The notes beneath the pieces are model-generated. The model saw nothing but the letters and a program-made list of their open reading frames with translations, was not told the origin of the DNA and searched no databases. From an uncultured archaeon (GTDB lineage: Archaea > Thermoplasmatota > Penumbrarchaeia > JASLWR01): a stretch of 46,505 nucleotides of DNA. Of the stretch, positions 1 through 11,900 are shown piece by piece. The DNA is taken from the NCBI GenBank assembly GCA_964430885.1, contig CAYSHM010000026.1, positions 1-46,505 of the forward strand. Direction: 5' to 3'. A program made the translations under genes and the position numbers. Within the stretch, counting starts at the first letter, position 1, and each line of letters begins with the position of its first letter.

Positions 1-161
1 GTTATATCGATTGAAAAATAATCAAGAACTTGCACAAATTCTTACGAGGAGCCTATATTTATTCCATCATATACTGAAATAAAAAACAAGATGAAGGAGG
101 AAAAAATCAATTATATAATTTCAATACTTCACTAGTAACATATAAGAAGTAAAAAAGGTAC

Positions 162-193
162 AAAAAAAAAGGGCGGAACAAGCGGTTCCGCCC
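162..193 (-). terminator. Hairpin + T9 terminator after the large minus-strand gene
   Basis: Perfect 9-bp stem GGGCGGAAC(171-179)/GTTCCGCCC(185-193) with a 5-nt loop; A9 at 162-170 reads as a T tract on the minus strand, about 30 nt after the TGA at 226-228. Confidence 0.8.
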
Positions 194-225
194 AAAATAT
201 TATTATTTTCGGTTTATGGAAATAA

Positions 226-3200
226 TCATTCTTCTTCAGGGGGAGGCAAATCATCTTCATCCAAGGGCGGTGCGTCCTCATCGTATTCTTCTTCTTCTTC
301 TAATTCCTCTTCCTCCTCTTCATCCTCTCCCTCACCCTCTTCGTCCTCTTCCTCCTCTTCGAATTCGAACTCTGTACCGCATTCCGCACATTCCGTCATA
401 TCCTCTGTAACTTCCGCGCCGCAGGTGGGACATCTTCCATCATCAAAGGCCAATCCGCACTCAGGACACTCGGTCATCAAAGAGGTTACCGATGCTCCGC
501 AATCCGGACATTCCAGCTCCTCGAACTCTTCCTCTGTGATCTTCTTGGATTTCATTGCAAGAATAACTAGAACAACTATCACTATAATAATGATCACGAT
601 AGCGATGTAGAGAAGCATATTGCTACTGCCGGATGATTCAGTTTTACTTCCTGTCTTTATCTTCATATCTTCCTCTACCAGAGGCCAATCCGCTTCATAC
701 TCCTTACCATCATATTCGTATGTGATTGTGTCTCCTGCCTTGGGTCCCTGACCTTCTGGCAGCTGGAAAGTGGCTTTTCCAGAAGTATCAGTGATCCTCA
801 TCTTGTCACCGAAGTATACCTTTACACCCTGTAGATTATTTCCGTCACTGTCCACAAACGGACCTATCACCACATCGACCATGGTCAGTGTAAGTTCGAT
901 CTGAAGGTCCTTGTTCTCTGTGAGATCTATCTCGTTCGAATAAGTATCATAACTCTGGGCTGTAACCGTCAGGGTATAGGTTCCCTTCAATAAATGGATA
1001 GAGAAATGACTGCCATTGTGCTCCACAGTATTTCCGTCGACCTTTACCACCGCATCTTCAGGTGTTACGTTTCCACTTAGATAATACCAAATGGTCTCAT
1101 TTATTTCACCACCTTCGGATTCCATCAGTGTGAAATTGGCCCAGCTGACAAAATAGTTATCCAGCCAAACTTGAACCCAATTCTGATTAAAAATTTCCAA
1201 ATATTTTGTTTGACTTGTTACATTAGCCGATAAAAAGGTATAACCATCCTTCTCGATATTCAAGAACCATCGATTTTCTTCGGAAGGAGTGGGTATATTA
1301 TCAATGTGCTCCCAGTACTCCTTCAGACCTGTAGATTGAAGGATTTTTATATCACCCTCTGCTAGAGGAATATCCGTGATATTGAAAAGTCCAGCTGAAT
1401 CCGTAGTCCCGGTAATATTGTACCAGGTCCTTGTTGTTACATTCACAGTGATATTCTTGATGATACCACCATCCATCTCCTCTATTGACTCGGTCCTTTC
1501 CTCATCTGCATAAATGATCACAGTTATTTTGGCACCCTCGATCAACGATCCATTGGTATCCATAACATAACCCATCAATTTCGGAAGGGTTACAACAGGT
1601 TTCCTTTCAAGAGTGAAATTGATCCATTCTACTGTTTTGTTAACATTTAAAATAAAATTTTTCATAGATGGAGCTGAATTCTTGAATCCATTGTTTTTCA
1701 ACCAATCAAAATCGACTTTTAATACATAAATATCATTTTCTCCAGAAAGGAATGGTAACATTACTGAATAATTCCCCTGGCTATCCGTGGTAGCGTAGTA
1801 ATAAGTACCAATATTTCCATCCACGAGATTATAAATGACCAGTTCGACATCGGCCACCGGTTCACCAAGATCATTCAGAGCTCTCCCTCTCACATATCCG
1901 TCTGTTGGTGGCAGTACAAATAAGGGATACTTTTGTGTCGCATTGTCCAATGTGAAATTATCGCCATGCTCGTCCTCGGCTACAAAATAGTAGGTATGAT
2001 CGCCGTGTTCTGCGATCCAAGTATAGGTGAATTGTACTATATTTCCCCAGTCATCTGACGAATTGACCATCTGATGTGGTTGATCATCGATATACAAGGT
2101 AACGGTACCTGGATCGTTATTCAGGTCCCTGTAGTCCACCTGGAATATAACATTGGTATTCTGCGATACAATAATACCTGGCATTACAGATATATTTTCT
2201 AGGCCAGGGGCGATATTCGGCTGAGGGTCCACATCGATAGTTGTATCAATATAATCACCAGAACCGATCAATGTGGCCTTTAGAACAAAAGTGCCTTCTT
2301 CATCGCAGGACACATTCTCAAAGAATGCAAATGGATTGATTGGTTCTCTGCTGGAAGTACCACCCTGGGTAGGCTCTACAAGACCGGATTCTACTGTGGA
2401 TGTGTATATTATATTGGCAGGTTCTCCATCGGGATAAACGTCCAGCCTTACATCTGCCTTACCCTTTGCATTTCCCGTATTGTTCAATTGAACTCCGACA
2501 ATGAAATTATCATTTACAGATATGAAGGGCATTTCCATGAAATCCACCAAATGGAACTCGGTTATATTCTGAATCTGTATCTGCATACTCGATGTGTTTG
2601 TTGTTCCGGTATTGATATCCCTTACAATAACCTCAATATCAAAAGTGCCTTCGTGGGAGGGCTGCCAAGAGAAGAAAAGCTGAAGGGGGATGTCATCGGG
2701 TGAAAATGAATCCAGATCCAAGAATGGGGGTTGAACCTGTTCGGGATCATGGGTAGTATGGTCCTCGATGGTTACAGAAACATTTGTATTATCCACTTCG
2801 TAATTACCAGTATTGTTGACTATGTTATTGATAAGAATGATATCTTTGGGATAATAACCATCCTTTTCATTAGCGTCAATGGCAATATCGACATCATACT
2901 GTATTATCGTGCGGAACTCAGCATTGAACACATGATTTGAGGTTATTTCCGCTGTACCGTTCCACGCACCCACGGTAACATTGATATCGTATACGCCTTC
3001 ATTGGCGAAATCTATCTGGCATCCCTGGAACTGCTGTCCACCGGTCAGCACCTCGGGATTACTGCTGTTCTCAAAGTGGTATCCTCCTAGAGTGGCATTG
3101 ATGGTAACATTGACGTTCTCCATTCCGATCCCAAGTGTGAAGTTGACTATCAGCATCCACCTTCCATTGGCATATACTCCATTAGCCTCACTAACTGCAA

Positions 3201-3381
3201 AATCATCGCCCTGTATTATCATCAGATCATTAATTACAATGTCCGGATGACGTCCATTAGCTCTGCTGAAACCCATTTCGTTTTCCTGATCATCGTCCCA
3301 CACTCCTTGAACGGGGATCGCTATCAACAGCAATCCTACCAAAAGGACGCACAAGATCTTTTTCATATTTTCCATTATCAT
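226..3381 (-). CDS. Large secreted membrane-anchored surface protein (CARDB/Ig-like, carboxypeptidase-regulatory-like and PEGA-like beta domains, C-terminal TM, cytoplasmic double zinc ribbon, acidic tail), about 1051 aa
   Basis: Signal peptide MKKILCVLLVGLLLIAIPVQG; many N-x-S/T sequons; LNNTGN and GRALNDLGEPVADVEL..TTDSQGNYSV motifs; TM LLYIAIVIIIIVIVVLVILAM+KSKK; four CxxC (CPDC, CPEC, CPTC, CAEC); poly-Glu tail. Start moved from 3537 to ATG 3381 (AGGAG about 10 nt upstream); 3375 or 3366 are alternatives. Confidence 0.85.
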   Translation of the reverse strand: MIMENMKKILCVLLVGLLLIAIPVQGVWDDDQENEMGFSRANGRHPDIVINDLMIIQGDDFAVSEANGVYANGRWMLIVNFTLGIGMENVNVTINATLGGYHFENSSNPEVLTGGQQFQGCQIDFANEGVYDINVTVGAWNGTAEITSNHVFNAEFRTIIQYDVDIAIDANEKDGYYPKDIILINNIVNNTGNYEVDNTNVSVTIEDHTTHDPEQVQPPFLDLDSFSPDDIPLQLFFSWQPSHEGTFDIEVIVRDINTGTTNTSSMQIQIQNITEFHLVDFMEMPFISVNDNFIVGVQLNNTGNAKGKADVRLDVYPDGEPANIIYTSTVESGLVEPTQGGTSSREPINPFAFFENVSCDEEGTFVLKATLIGSGDYIDTTIDVDPQPNIAPGLENISVMPGIIVSQNTNVIFQVDYRDLNNDPGTVTLYIDDQPHQMVNSSDDWGNIVQFTYTWIAEHGDHTYYFVAEDEHGDNFTLDNATQKYPLFVLPPTDGYVRGRALNDLGEPVADVELVIYNLVDGNIGTYYYATTDSQGNYSVMLPFLSGENDIYVLKVDFDWLKNNGFKNSAPSMKNFILNVNKTVEWINFTLERKPVVTLPKLMGYVMDTNGSLIEGAKITVIIYADEERTESIEEMDGGIIKNITVNVTTRTWYNITGTTDSAGLFNITDIPLAEGDIKILQSTGLKEYWEHIDNIPTPSEENRWFLNIEKDGYTFLSANVTSQTKYLEIFNQNWVQVWLDNYFVSWANFTLMESEGGEINETIWYYLSGNVTPEDAVVKVDGNTVEHNGSHFSIHLLKGTYTLTVTAQSYDTYSNEIDLTENKDLQIELTLTMVDVVIGPFVDSDGNNLQGVKVYFGDKMRITDTSGKATFQLPEGQGPKAGDTITYEYDGKEYEADWPLVEEDMKIKTGSKTESSGSSNMLLYIAIVIIIIVIVVLVILAMKSKKITEEEFEELECPDCGASVTSLMTECPECGLAFDDGRCPTCGAEVTEDMTECAECGTEFEFEEEEEDEEGEGEDEEEEEELEEEEEYDEDAPPLDEDDLPPPEEE

Positions 3382-3933
3382 CTTCTTAACGCTCCTTGCT
3401 TTTTTGAATTGTAAAATTTTCCAAATCCATATCTTTTCTATCATTATATATACATATTCTTTTTCTTCGAAACTTGAAAAAAAATGGTGGATTGTGAGTT
3501 CAGGGGATTTTATACCTTGAATATGAAAAAATTTCAATAAAAATATTAATTAATTCATTATCTAAATTCATTCATTAGCCACTTAACAGTGTGATATTAG
3601 TATTAGTTAATATAGGAGTAAATTTTCATAAATAAAAAAATAATAAATACTATAGTATCTGAAAAATTTCGAATGATAAAAATTGATTGTTAAATAAATA
3701 TAATAAACTATTTTAGAAAATATTTATGAAAAATTCATTAAATTTTACCAGAGACCAAAAAAATATGCTCGATTTACGGCAGAAATTTAATTTTATAATA
3801 ATAGCGATTTTTTATTTTTCAAGAATTCAATAGAATATATATACAAGAAGATTTTCTAGTGAAAATCCAATCAAGTATTGGAAAAATGAACGCAAATAGT
3901 AGAATATATATGATACAAAAAGGAGGAGAAAAA
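3382..3933. promoter_or_regulatory. AT-rich divergent promoter region
   Basis: Very AT-rich gap between divergent genes with several TATA-like strings (e.g. TTTTATAA near 3791) and SD AGGAGG at 3921-3926. The functional boxes cannot be singled out. Confidence 0.5.
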
Positions 3934-6900
3934 ATGACAAGACCGAAAAATAAGAACCCTGCATTTAGAAGGCTGGCAATAATAGCTTTAGCCTTGATAA
4001 TGCTTATCGGAGGTCTCACAATGATAGTTTCGAACGAAACAAAGACCTCTGCCTTTGGGAAAAAAGCTGAAACCCTGATGGGATTTGAGCGGAGCAAAGG
4101 TACGAGAGCAGAGGAAGAAATAGCTGATTAGGTATTTGAGAACCCAAGCTTTGAGACTGGAAACTGGCAGGGATGGGAAATGGGGATACCCGGAGACACA
4201 TGTTGCTGCGGATCTAGAGTTACTACCGACCCTTATGGTTGGTGGCAGTATTACGGAAATGTTCCTGATGGCAACTATTGTGATGCTGGACCTTTTGACG
4301 GTTGCGGACCGGCCGAATATACTTTAGCCCAGGATGTCACTCTGCCAATGGGTGTCACAACTGTAGAATTTGATTGGGCTTATGATATCGATAACTGGGG
4401 CCAGCCAAGAGAAATGCGCGTTGATGTTGAACCAGTTGGCGGTGGACAGCCGCTTGAAAGATTCGTAGTTCAACAGATACAGGGCTCACAATGGAGTCAA
4501 TGGAGACATGATGTAGTTGACCTCAGTGGGTTCTTTGGTCAAACAGTAAGGATCAGTTTCGAATTTTATTGGCCCGAGTGTTACTCTGGCCCCGGATGTC
4601 ATGGTTTTGATAATGTTATATTGAAATACTTCGATGTTCCATTATATGAAGAAAGCTTCAGAACTGAACTTGACAATCCCGAATATCCCCCCTCAAATGC
4701 CTGGGATATATATTCCTCACAGGAGGAGGGGAAAAATGAAAGGGTGACCTTCTCACCGATACTTGCAGAAGTGAATCCGTTCACAAACCCGAGTTTCGAG
4801 ACCGGAAATACCAATGGCTGGATCGTGGACAATTCATGGCATGACTGGACAAACCAAAGGGTCTGGGGAGCCACCAGCAACAGCAATTGGAATTCTTATT
4901 TCGATACTGTTCCCGACGGTAATTACTATTACCATGTGGAAATGGACACGTGCTGTAACGAAAGGGATCGTCACTTTGCCATTGGTCAGGATATACAGCT
5001 GCCTGAGAACGCTGCAGAGATCCATTTCGATTATGGTTATTTTTTCGAAACATGCTGCGGATGGGGTGACCCATTCTATATAAGAGTGGACATAGAACCA
5101 TCCGGTGGAGGTAATCCTCTAGATTCGTTCATCCTGTATGAGAACAATTGGGATTCCTGGGGGTTGCACAAGGAAGATACTGCCAGTTTTGACGTCAGTA
5201 ATTTCGGAGGACAGGAGGTCAGAATTAATTTCAAGATAGTCGCCGACTGGTGGTTATATGTTTGGGGTCAATTCTCACTTGATAATTTCGTGCTGTATGA
5301 ACTTCAGGATCTGGGATTCCAGCCCTATGATGATGATCACTGCTGGAAGATGGAGAAGGACGAGACCAGGAACGGAGGTGCTAACCTCAATGAGATCACC
5401 CTTCACCTCGGACTTGTGGATGCTGGAAATGTGGAACTTTCTTTCGTGACACAGGCCTTCGGCGACGATCTTACACCCGACCCGCTCCCTGCTTCCTTTG
5501 AAGGGCATTCAAATGGAGACGGTGTTGCCATCAGCACTGACGGATTTACATGGTATACCATCTGGCAATATCAAGCCGGATTGAACGACTGGACCGAGAT
5601 CGGGCCTCTTGATATCAATGGGCTAATGGAAGCAAACGGAGGCGACATCTGCGAAACCCCCACTGATAGAGAAGATCTTTACATCAAATTCCAGCAGTAC
5701 GGTGATGGATTGATACCCGATAACGGAGGGATCGTATGGGACCTTATACATGTGGAAGGCGATGGTGACGGATGGTTCATATTCAATGTTCCCCGGATCG
5801 AGATAGATGCCACAGTAACTCCGGAATTACCTGAAATATTTGCCCAGAACCAAGGAGAACCGGATTTCTGCACAATGAAGGTCAACCTGACCACACATGG
5901 GGAAGCCGGAGAAACCGCAGCTGAAGAGGTTAGATTCACTTACACCAGACCTCAGGAACTTATTTTAGACGGAAACCCCTTGATCGAGGAGATCACATGG
6001 TCCTCTGCCGATGTACCGCCGCCCGGCGATCTGCTGGAAGCTGAGAACCATTTTGAATTGATTAACTCAGAGATCACAGCCGACGACAGCTATCTCGGGC
6101 CCCTTGGAATGTTTGACTATTCATACGAGGAATGGGACGGAGATTTTGTCAGTATCGAACAGAATGATCTAGGACTCCCTACCCTTAGGGTCATGTCCTT
6201 CGACCATGCTGAAATGTGGGGTGAATTCATCGCCAACAATGATGATCCAGGCAATATAATTTCCATGGAAGCCCTTGATGATTTCGGTCTGCCCATGCCC
6301 CCGCAGGATTTCGACAGCTGGGGCATCACCGGATTGGACGGAATAGATGTTGTGGTCGATAATGTCATTGATCCGGAAACAGGTCAGCCATTCCCACATA
6401 AAAAGAACGTGAAGATCACCGGCGGGGAGCCAGGAGACGAGGGAATCCTCACTGTCAGGCACGTTCCGGAAGATCAAACATTAGAATTTCCCATTGAATT
6501 GACCTGGGGAGAACCAACAGAAATTGATGCTTGGATGCAGGGATCCTACCAGTACGGACTTGAAGGCGTTCTTGTTGCATACATAAAGGATGAATGGGGT
6601 AATACTGTGGAGGATTATGCGGGTAGTTCACTTTATTTCCTTGACCTGCAGATACCCGATGGCGGTTCATTTGAGGTCACAGGGGATAACTTCGTGGAAT
6701 TCGACGGCGGCCAAAGAGGAGTGTGTACATTCTATATAACTCCCCGGGGTGACTGGTATGAAGAGCAGGGGGACCCTCCCTGGTATCCCGGATTCAGGCT
6801 GGCAAATACCTCTGGAAACATAGGACCCCAGCATATCTGGTTGGATGACATTATGACTGTTCACGCAGGACCGACCGTCGGGTTCCATATGGAAACAGCC

Positions 6901-7107
6901 CAGACAGAGCTCTATGCCGGAATGCCCTTCAACCTCTTTGTCCAGGCCAGAGATGAGACAAACCATAATAATATGACCTACACGGCACCGCTGATCTTTT
7001 CCCACAACTGTGATGGTACGGAAGATCTGGAACCAGTTCCCTGGAAGGATGCCGTGGGCACTGTGAGATACGACATGGTGGACGGTCAGTATGACGGCGG
7101 ACACGAT

Positions 7108-8360
7108 TTCTACTTCAACAAGTCCGGCGGATGGTCAATCGGTGTCAAATCCGGTCTGAACTACGCTATAGCCGGCAGCCTCAATATCGATGTCATGCCC
7201 GGTGAACTGAACTACCTGGCACCGACACCTGATCCCAGCGCGATCGTGGATCCCAACATTGTGGCCGACGGCAGACTGCTGATACCTGTATCAGGGGACC
7301 ATGTTTTTGATGCTATAGGTTACGATGCTTTCGGCAATCTCATTGACGGTTTCGAGATCACCGATTGGGATGTCATCGACGATATCGGCGAGATCAGCGA
7401 GGGAGAATTCCATGCTCTGGCATACTTCTCCTTTGATGATAAGACCGGAGTGAAGGAGGGCGAATATATTTTCAAGGACGGTGCTGTGAGAGTTACGGGC
7501 GTCGGACCTCTGGGCGTTGAAGTGAGCCACGATATTCTCATAAGGGTATACAATCCACTGAACATCTGGCTCGTCCCCGATGAGATCGAACCCTCCGGAA
7601 TCCTTCTGGACCATCCACTTGAACTGAAGGTCCCTGTCCATTACTACACACCATACGAGAACTTCCCGGACAACCTCCAGCTCAAGATATCCGCATATAT
7701 CATAACTGATGTGGACAACAACCTCAACGCCATCGGCGGTGAGCACCTGATCTTCACCAGCGGAGCACCCAACACCACCTTCAGGCTCATCAATCTCAAC
7801 GAGCCGGGCAATGTAGGTATTGCCACCTATTCTTTCCTGATACCCTACGAGAGCATCGCAGGTGTGATCGACCATGATCAGGAGAACAAGGACAATACCA
7901 ACTGGCTCAAGGTTGTTATAGAGGATGTGCCCGGCGGCGGAGAGATGGGCGACTTCCAGTGGAATCTGGCTGATGATGAGTCCAAAACCGAACTCTATGC
8001 AGTATATGCACCGCCTCCCAGCGAGACCCCGTCATTCGCACCTGCAATGGCCATTATGGTGCTTGCTCTTCTCGGAGGAGCAGTTGTGGCCAATCTCTAC
8101 GCAAGCAGTGGAGATAAGAAGGGACGAAAGGACGAGGACGGTGTTTCACCGGTCATTGCTATAATTCTGATGGTGGCAATTACCATCGTCCTTGCCGGTG
8201 TTCTCTGGCTCTGGGTATCGGGACTTGTGGATACGCAGAAGAGCAACGATATCGAGTATGTTGATACTGCCTGGGAAAGCCCGACGCTTCAGAACGACTA
8301 CCAGCTCATCATCGAGAATGTGAAGGATAAAGAATTCTCGGTTGAAGACCTGGAGTTCTC
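7108..8360 (+). repeat. Near-identical direct repeat, copy 1 (copy 2 at +5040)
   Basis: By eye 7108-8237 is identical to 12148-13277, with one mismatch at 8238 and identity again to about 8360. The ORF track shows identical shadow ORFs (7291..7875 and 12331..12915; 7925..8164 and 12965..13204). Confidence 0.9.
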
Positions 8361-8628
8361 CCTTATGGACGGTAACAAGGTTGACAAAAGCATGGGTCAG
8401 CACAAGGTGACTGCCATCTACGGCAAGTCCATCGATAACGAAACAATAGTTTCCTTCCATGACGGGGACCATGACGGATATCTGTCTACGGGCGACCGGT
8501 TCATCATCAAGAGCGAGGACCATGTCAACTACGACGGAACTCCCGACCCCGGTGAGGCTAGAGCTGGATACTATTTCGCTTTGAAGACCAAGGACAACGA
8601 GCTCTTCGAGGTGCAGATCGAGCAGTAA
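8026..8628 (+). other. TPSF-TM sorting-like signal + internal class III signal peptide + archaeal type IV pilin (mature part 8143-8625)
   Basis: ETPSFAPAMAIMVLALLGGAVVANLY-ASSGDKKGRKDEDG/VSPVIAIILMVAITIVLAGVLWLWVSGL, closely resembling the Haloferax PilA-type H-domain ([22 protein letters not shown]); DGDHDGYLSTGD is a DxDxDG Ca-binding-like loop. Confidence 0.85.
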
Positions 8629-8683
8629 GTGCGGAGAAAGAGAATAATTTGTTTTAATATTGTTGGTTGGAGAATATCCGACT

Positions 8684-8715
8684 GGGGCTCTTCGGGGCCC
8701 CTTTTTTATTTTTTT
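8684..8715 (+). terminator. Hairpin + T-tract terminator
   Basis: GGGGCTC-TTCG-GGGCCCC followed by TTTTTTATTTTTTT. Confidence 0.85.
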
Positions 8716-8877
8716 CAGTCATTCCGTAACTAATGATAATGCGGCCATCTAATTATTACATTGTTATATGTGGTTTTTGGCAATACATTTCCAATTCATT
8801 TGACCATCCAGGCTTATTATTAAAGAAAGAAAGCCCCTATATGATTGGATTTTATTGTTGTCAATAATTATTGTTAA

Positions 8878-8885
8878 TTATATAT
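8878..8885 (+). promoter_or_regulatory. Candidate TATA box for paralog 2
   Basis: TTATATAT about 95 nt upstream of the GTG start, in AT-rich context. Confidence 0.4.
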
Positions 8886-8979
8886 AGTAGTAAATTCTTA
8901 TTTATTCCTGCAAAGATTTTTAGGTCTTGTTTAGAAGTGCGGGAAAATAATCCATGATTTGAAACAAGGAGGAGAAACA

Positions 8980-11900
8980 GTGAAAGAAAAAAGGATGAAC
9001 ATATTTGGTAGAAATACCATATTGATTGTCATTATATCTCTGTTGATCATATCCGGATTCTCAATGGTCCTGGGTATGAAGTTCAACAATAGAGATATAA
9101 AGATCAAAGCATTGAATCCTGGAGATAGGTCTTCAGGGAAGAACACAGATGCAAGAGCCGATGATTGGCAAAGCATTTTTGCTGATGACTTCAGTGCAGG
9201 AGTGGGTGCCTGGACAACAGGCAATGAACCCATTACCGGGTCTGCACCTCAGTGCTGGGAGTGCTGCGGAAGCAGATCTTCAACATGGCAGTGGTACGCT
9301 AACAGGCATGGAGAAAGCGTTTACGGAAACCCCAATAACGGCAACATGGGTTCCGAGAACAGTTGGATCAAGACCGAAGAATTTACTGCAGGTTCCACCG
9401 GCGAACTGAAGGTGATATTCGATTCCTATTCCAACAATGAGGGCGGATTCCCTTGCTACTACGATGTTGAATGGGTTGAAATAACCACAAACGGAGGAGG
9501 TACTTGGACTCCGCTGCACGGCAACATGGGTGAACTCCACAATTACGGAGATAACACCTGGAGAAGAGGATTAACCATGCCCTATAATGTTGATCCTTAT
9601 GCAACATTCCAGATAAGGTGGAGATATGACACCTTTGATGGATGCTGCGGCCCAAATGATGGGTGGTGCATCGATAATGTTGACATCCAGGGAACTGGAC
9701 TTAGAATTGGTTTTTCCGAGACCTTCAAGAAGGATCTTTCGGATCCCGATTACTACGGTGGAAAGGCATGGTATACATATAGTAGTACTGATGAGGGGGT
9801 AAATGAGAGAGTAGTATTATCTCCAGTATTAGCAGAAGAAAACCCATTCACTAATCCGAGCTTTGAAACTGGAAATACCAATGGATGGGTCGTTGATAAT
9901 AGCTGGAATGATTGGAGCAACCAACGAGTTTGGGGTGGCACTAGCTCCAGCAATTACAATGCTTATTTCAACAGCATTCCTGATGGTAATTATTATTATT
10001 ATGTTGAAATGGACACCTGCTGTAATCCACAACCTAGATGGTACGGTATTGGTCAAGACATCCAGCTCCCTGAAAATGCCCATTCTATTGAATTCGATTA
10101 CAGTTATTATGTAGATTGGACATGCTGTCCCTACGGAGATCCTCTTGAAATAAGGGTTGACATAGAACCTGCTGGTGGAGGAAACCCGCTTGAAACCTTC
10201 ATACTTTATGAGACTGATTGGGACGTCAATATGCTTCATTCAGAAGGAGTATATGAAGTGGATATAAGTGCATATGCAGGGCAGGAGGTAAGGTTCAGCT
10301 TTGAATTTGATGCTTCTGATTGGTATTACGCTTTTTGGTGCCAGTTCGCTTTGGATAATTTCCTACTATATGTGACAGAAGATGTGGGATTCCTGGCTTA
10401 CGACGATATGTACTGCTGGAGAATGGACACCGGAGCTGAGACTAGAGATGGAGAGAACCTCAATGAACTTGTCGCTCATGTAGGTCTGCAAGACGTGGAC
10501 GTATGCAATCTCAAATTCGCAACCATGGCCTTCGGGAACGATCTTACACCCGATCCTATGCCCGCTTCATTCCAGGGACATCACGAATCGGATGGTATCG
10601 CAGTGTCAACCGATAATGAGACCTGGTACAGGCTGTGGCAGTACGAGAACGATCTAGATGATTGGGTGGAAAAAGGTCCATTTGATATCATTGCATTACT
10701 GGATGCTAACGGTGTGGAAACCTGCGACTCTCCGAGTACCAACGAGGATCTTTGGATCAAGTTCCAGCAGTATGACGACGGGGGAATCCCCGATTCGGGC
10801 ATTATATGGGATTTCTTGGATTGTGAAGCAAATGAGGACGCTGAAGGAATAACCCTTGATGTTCCCCGAATATGGGTGCACACGGAAGTATCACCTGATC
10901 CTCCTATATATTATGCTATGGACCAAGGTGATCCCGACTTGGGTACTGTGAACGTTACCCTTTTCGGCCTGGGAGATGAAGAAGAAGGAACTCCGGGGAC
11001 ATCAATAGATCTAGATTATACTCAAGCACCAGGGATTGTAGTGGACGGAACCCTTGATTGGTCAGCTCCAAGCATGGCTCCAGGAGATATCAATCTTGTA
11101 ACAGCAGATGTCACATCGATCCAGGGATTCCATGGTGACATCGGACCCATTGCACTTCAATACGAGGAATGGGATGGTGACATCTTCGAAACTGTTCTCG
11201 ATATGCCCATATTCAGAATAATGGCTTTCGAGTATGCAGAGATAGAGGGTTCAATAATCAAGAACAACGGTGCTGACCCAGGCGATCCTGGTTCTGAGAT
11301 TACACTGGTATCCTTCGATGATCAGGACCCCGCTCTAGAAATGCCCCAGCAGACATTCACCGATTGGACCCTTACAGGTCTTGACGACTGGTCCTTTGAG
11401 GACGTTATCGATCCCGAAACCGGTCAGCCCTTTCCCCACAAGAAGATAGTGAAGAGCACCGGAGGGGAGATCGGCGACGAGATAACTATCACCGCCATCC
11501 ATCAGCCTACAGAGATCCAGGTTTCATTCGATCTTGAACTCACAACTGGTCCCGCAACCACATTGGAACTTGTTCCGGCAGGCGCACTTCAGTATGGACT
11601 GGAGGGGGTTCTGGTTGTATATATTAAAGATGACTACGACAATGTCATCGAGGATTTCAGCGGCGAGACCATCTATTTCGTGGATATGCAGGAAGGGGAC
11701 GGCGGAGCATTCGATGTCACCGGTGATGATTTCCTCGTATTCGACGGCGGCCAAAGAGGAATGGGGACCTTCTACCTCACGCCCCGTGGAACCTGGTATG
11801 AAGAGCAGGGAGATCCTCCCTGGTATCCCGGTTTCAGACTTCAGAACACCACTGGAAACCCCGGCCCACAGGACCTTTGGCTTGAGGACATATTGACAGT

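Larger units (their letters stand above)
3934..8628 (+). pseudogene. Adhesin-pilin polyprotein paralog 1 (1564 codons) interrupted by one in-frame TAG at 4129-4131
   Basis: ORFs 3859..4131 and 4180..8628 are in the same frame. ATG 3934 follows AGGAGG and encodes a signal-like segment (RRLAIIALALIMLIGGLTMIV). Sequence after the TAG reads VFENPSFETGNWQGW, matching the internal FTNPSFETGNTNGW motif. Joined length matches paralog 2. Could be a nonsense allele, a sequencing error or readthrough. Confidence 0.7.

Noticed and set aside
280-362. TCC/TCT microsatellite-like tract and the 64-aa plus-strand ORF at 216..410
   Set aside because: Reverse complement of the poly-Glu/Asp tail of the minus-strand gene.
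3859-4131. Stand-alone 90-aa membrane protein
   Set aside because: In frame with 4180..8628 and equivalent to the leader of paralog 2; better read as the 5' part of paralog 1.
4129-4131. Genome-wide TAG reassignment (alternative genetic code)
   Set aside because: Paralogs 3 and 5 stop with TAG exactly where the others use TAA/TGA, followed by terminators.
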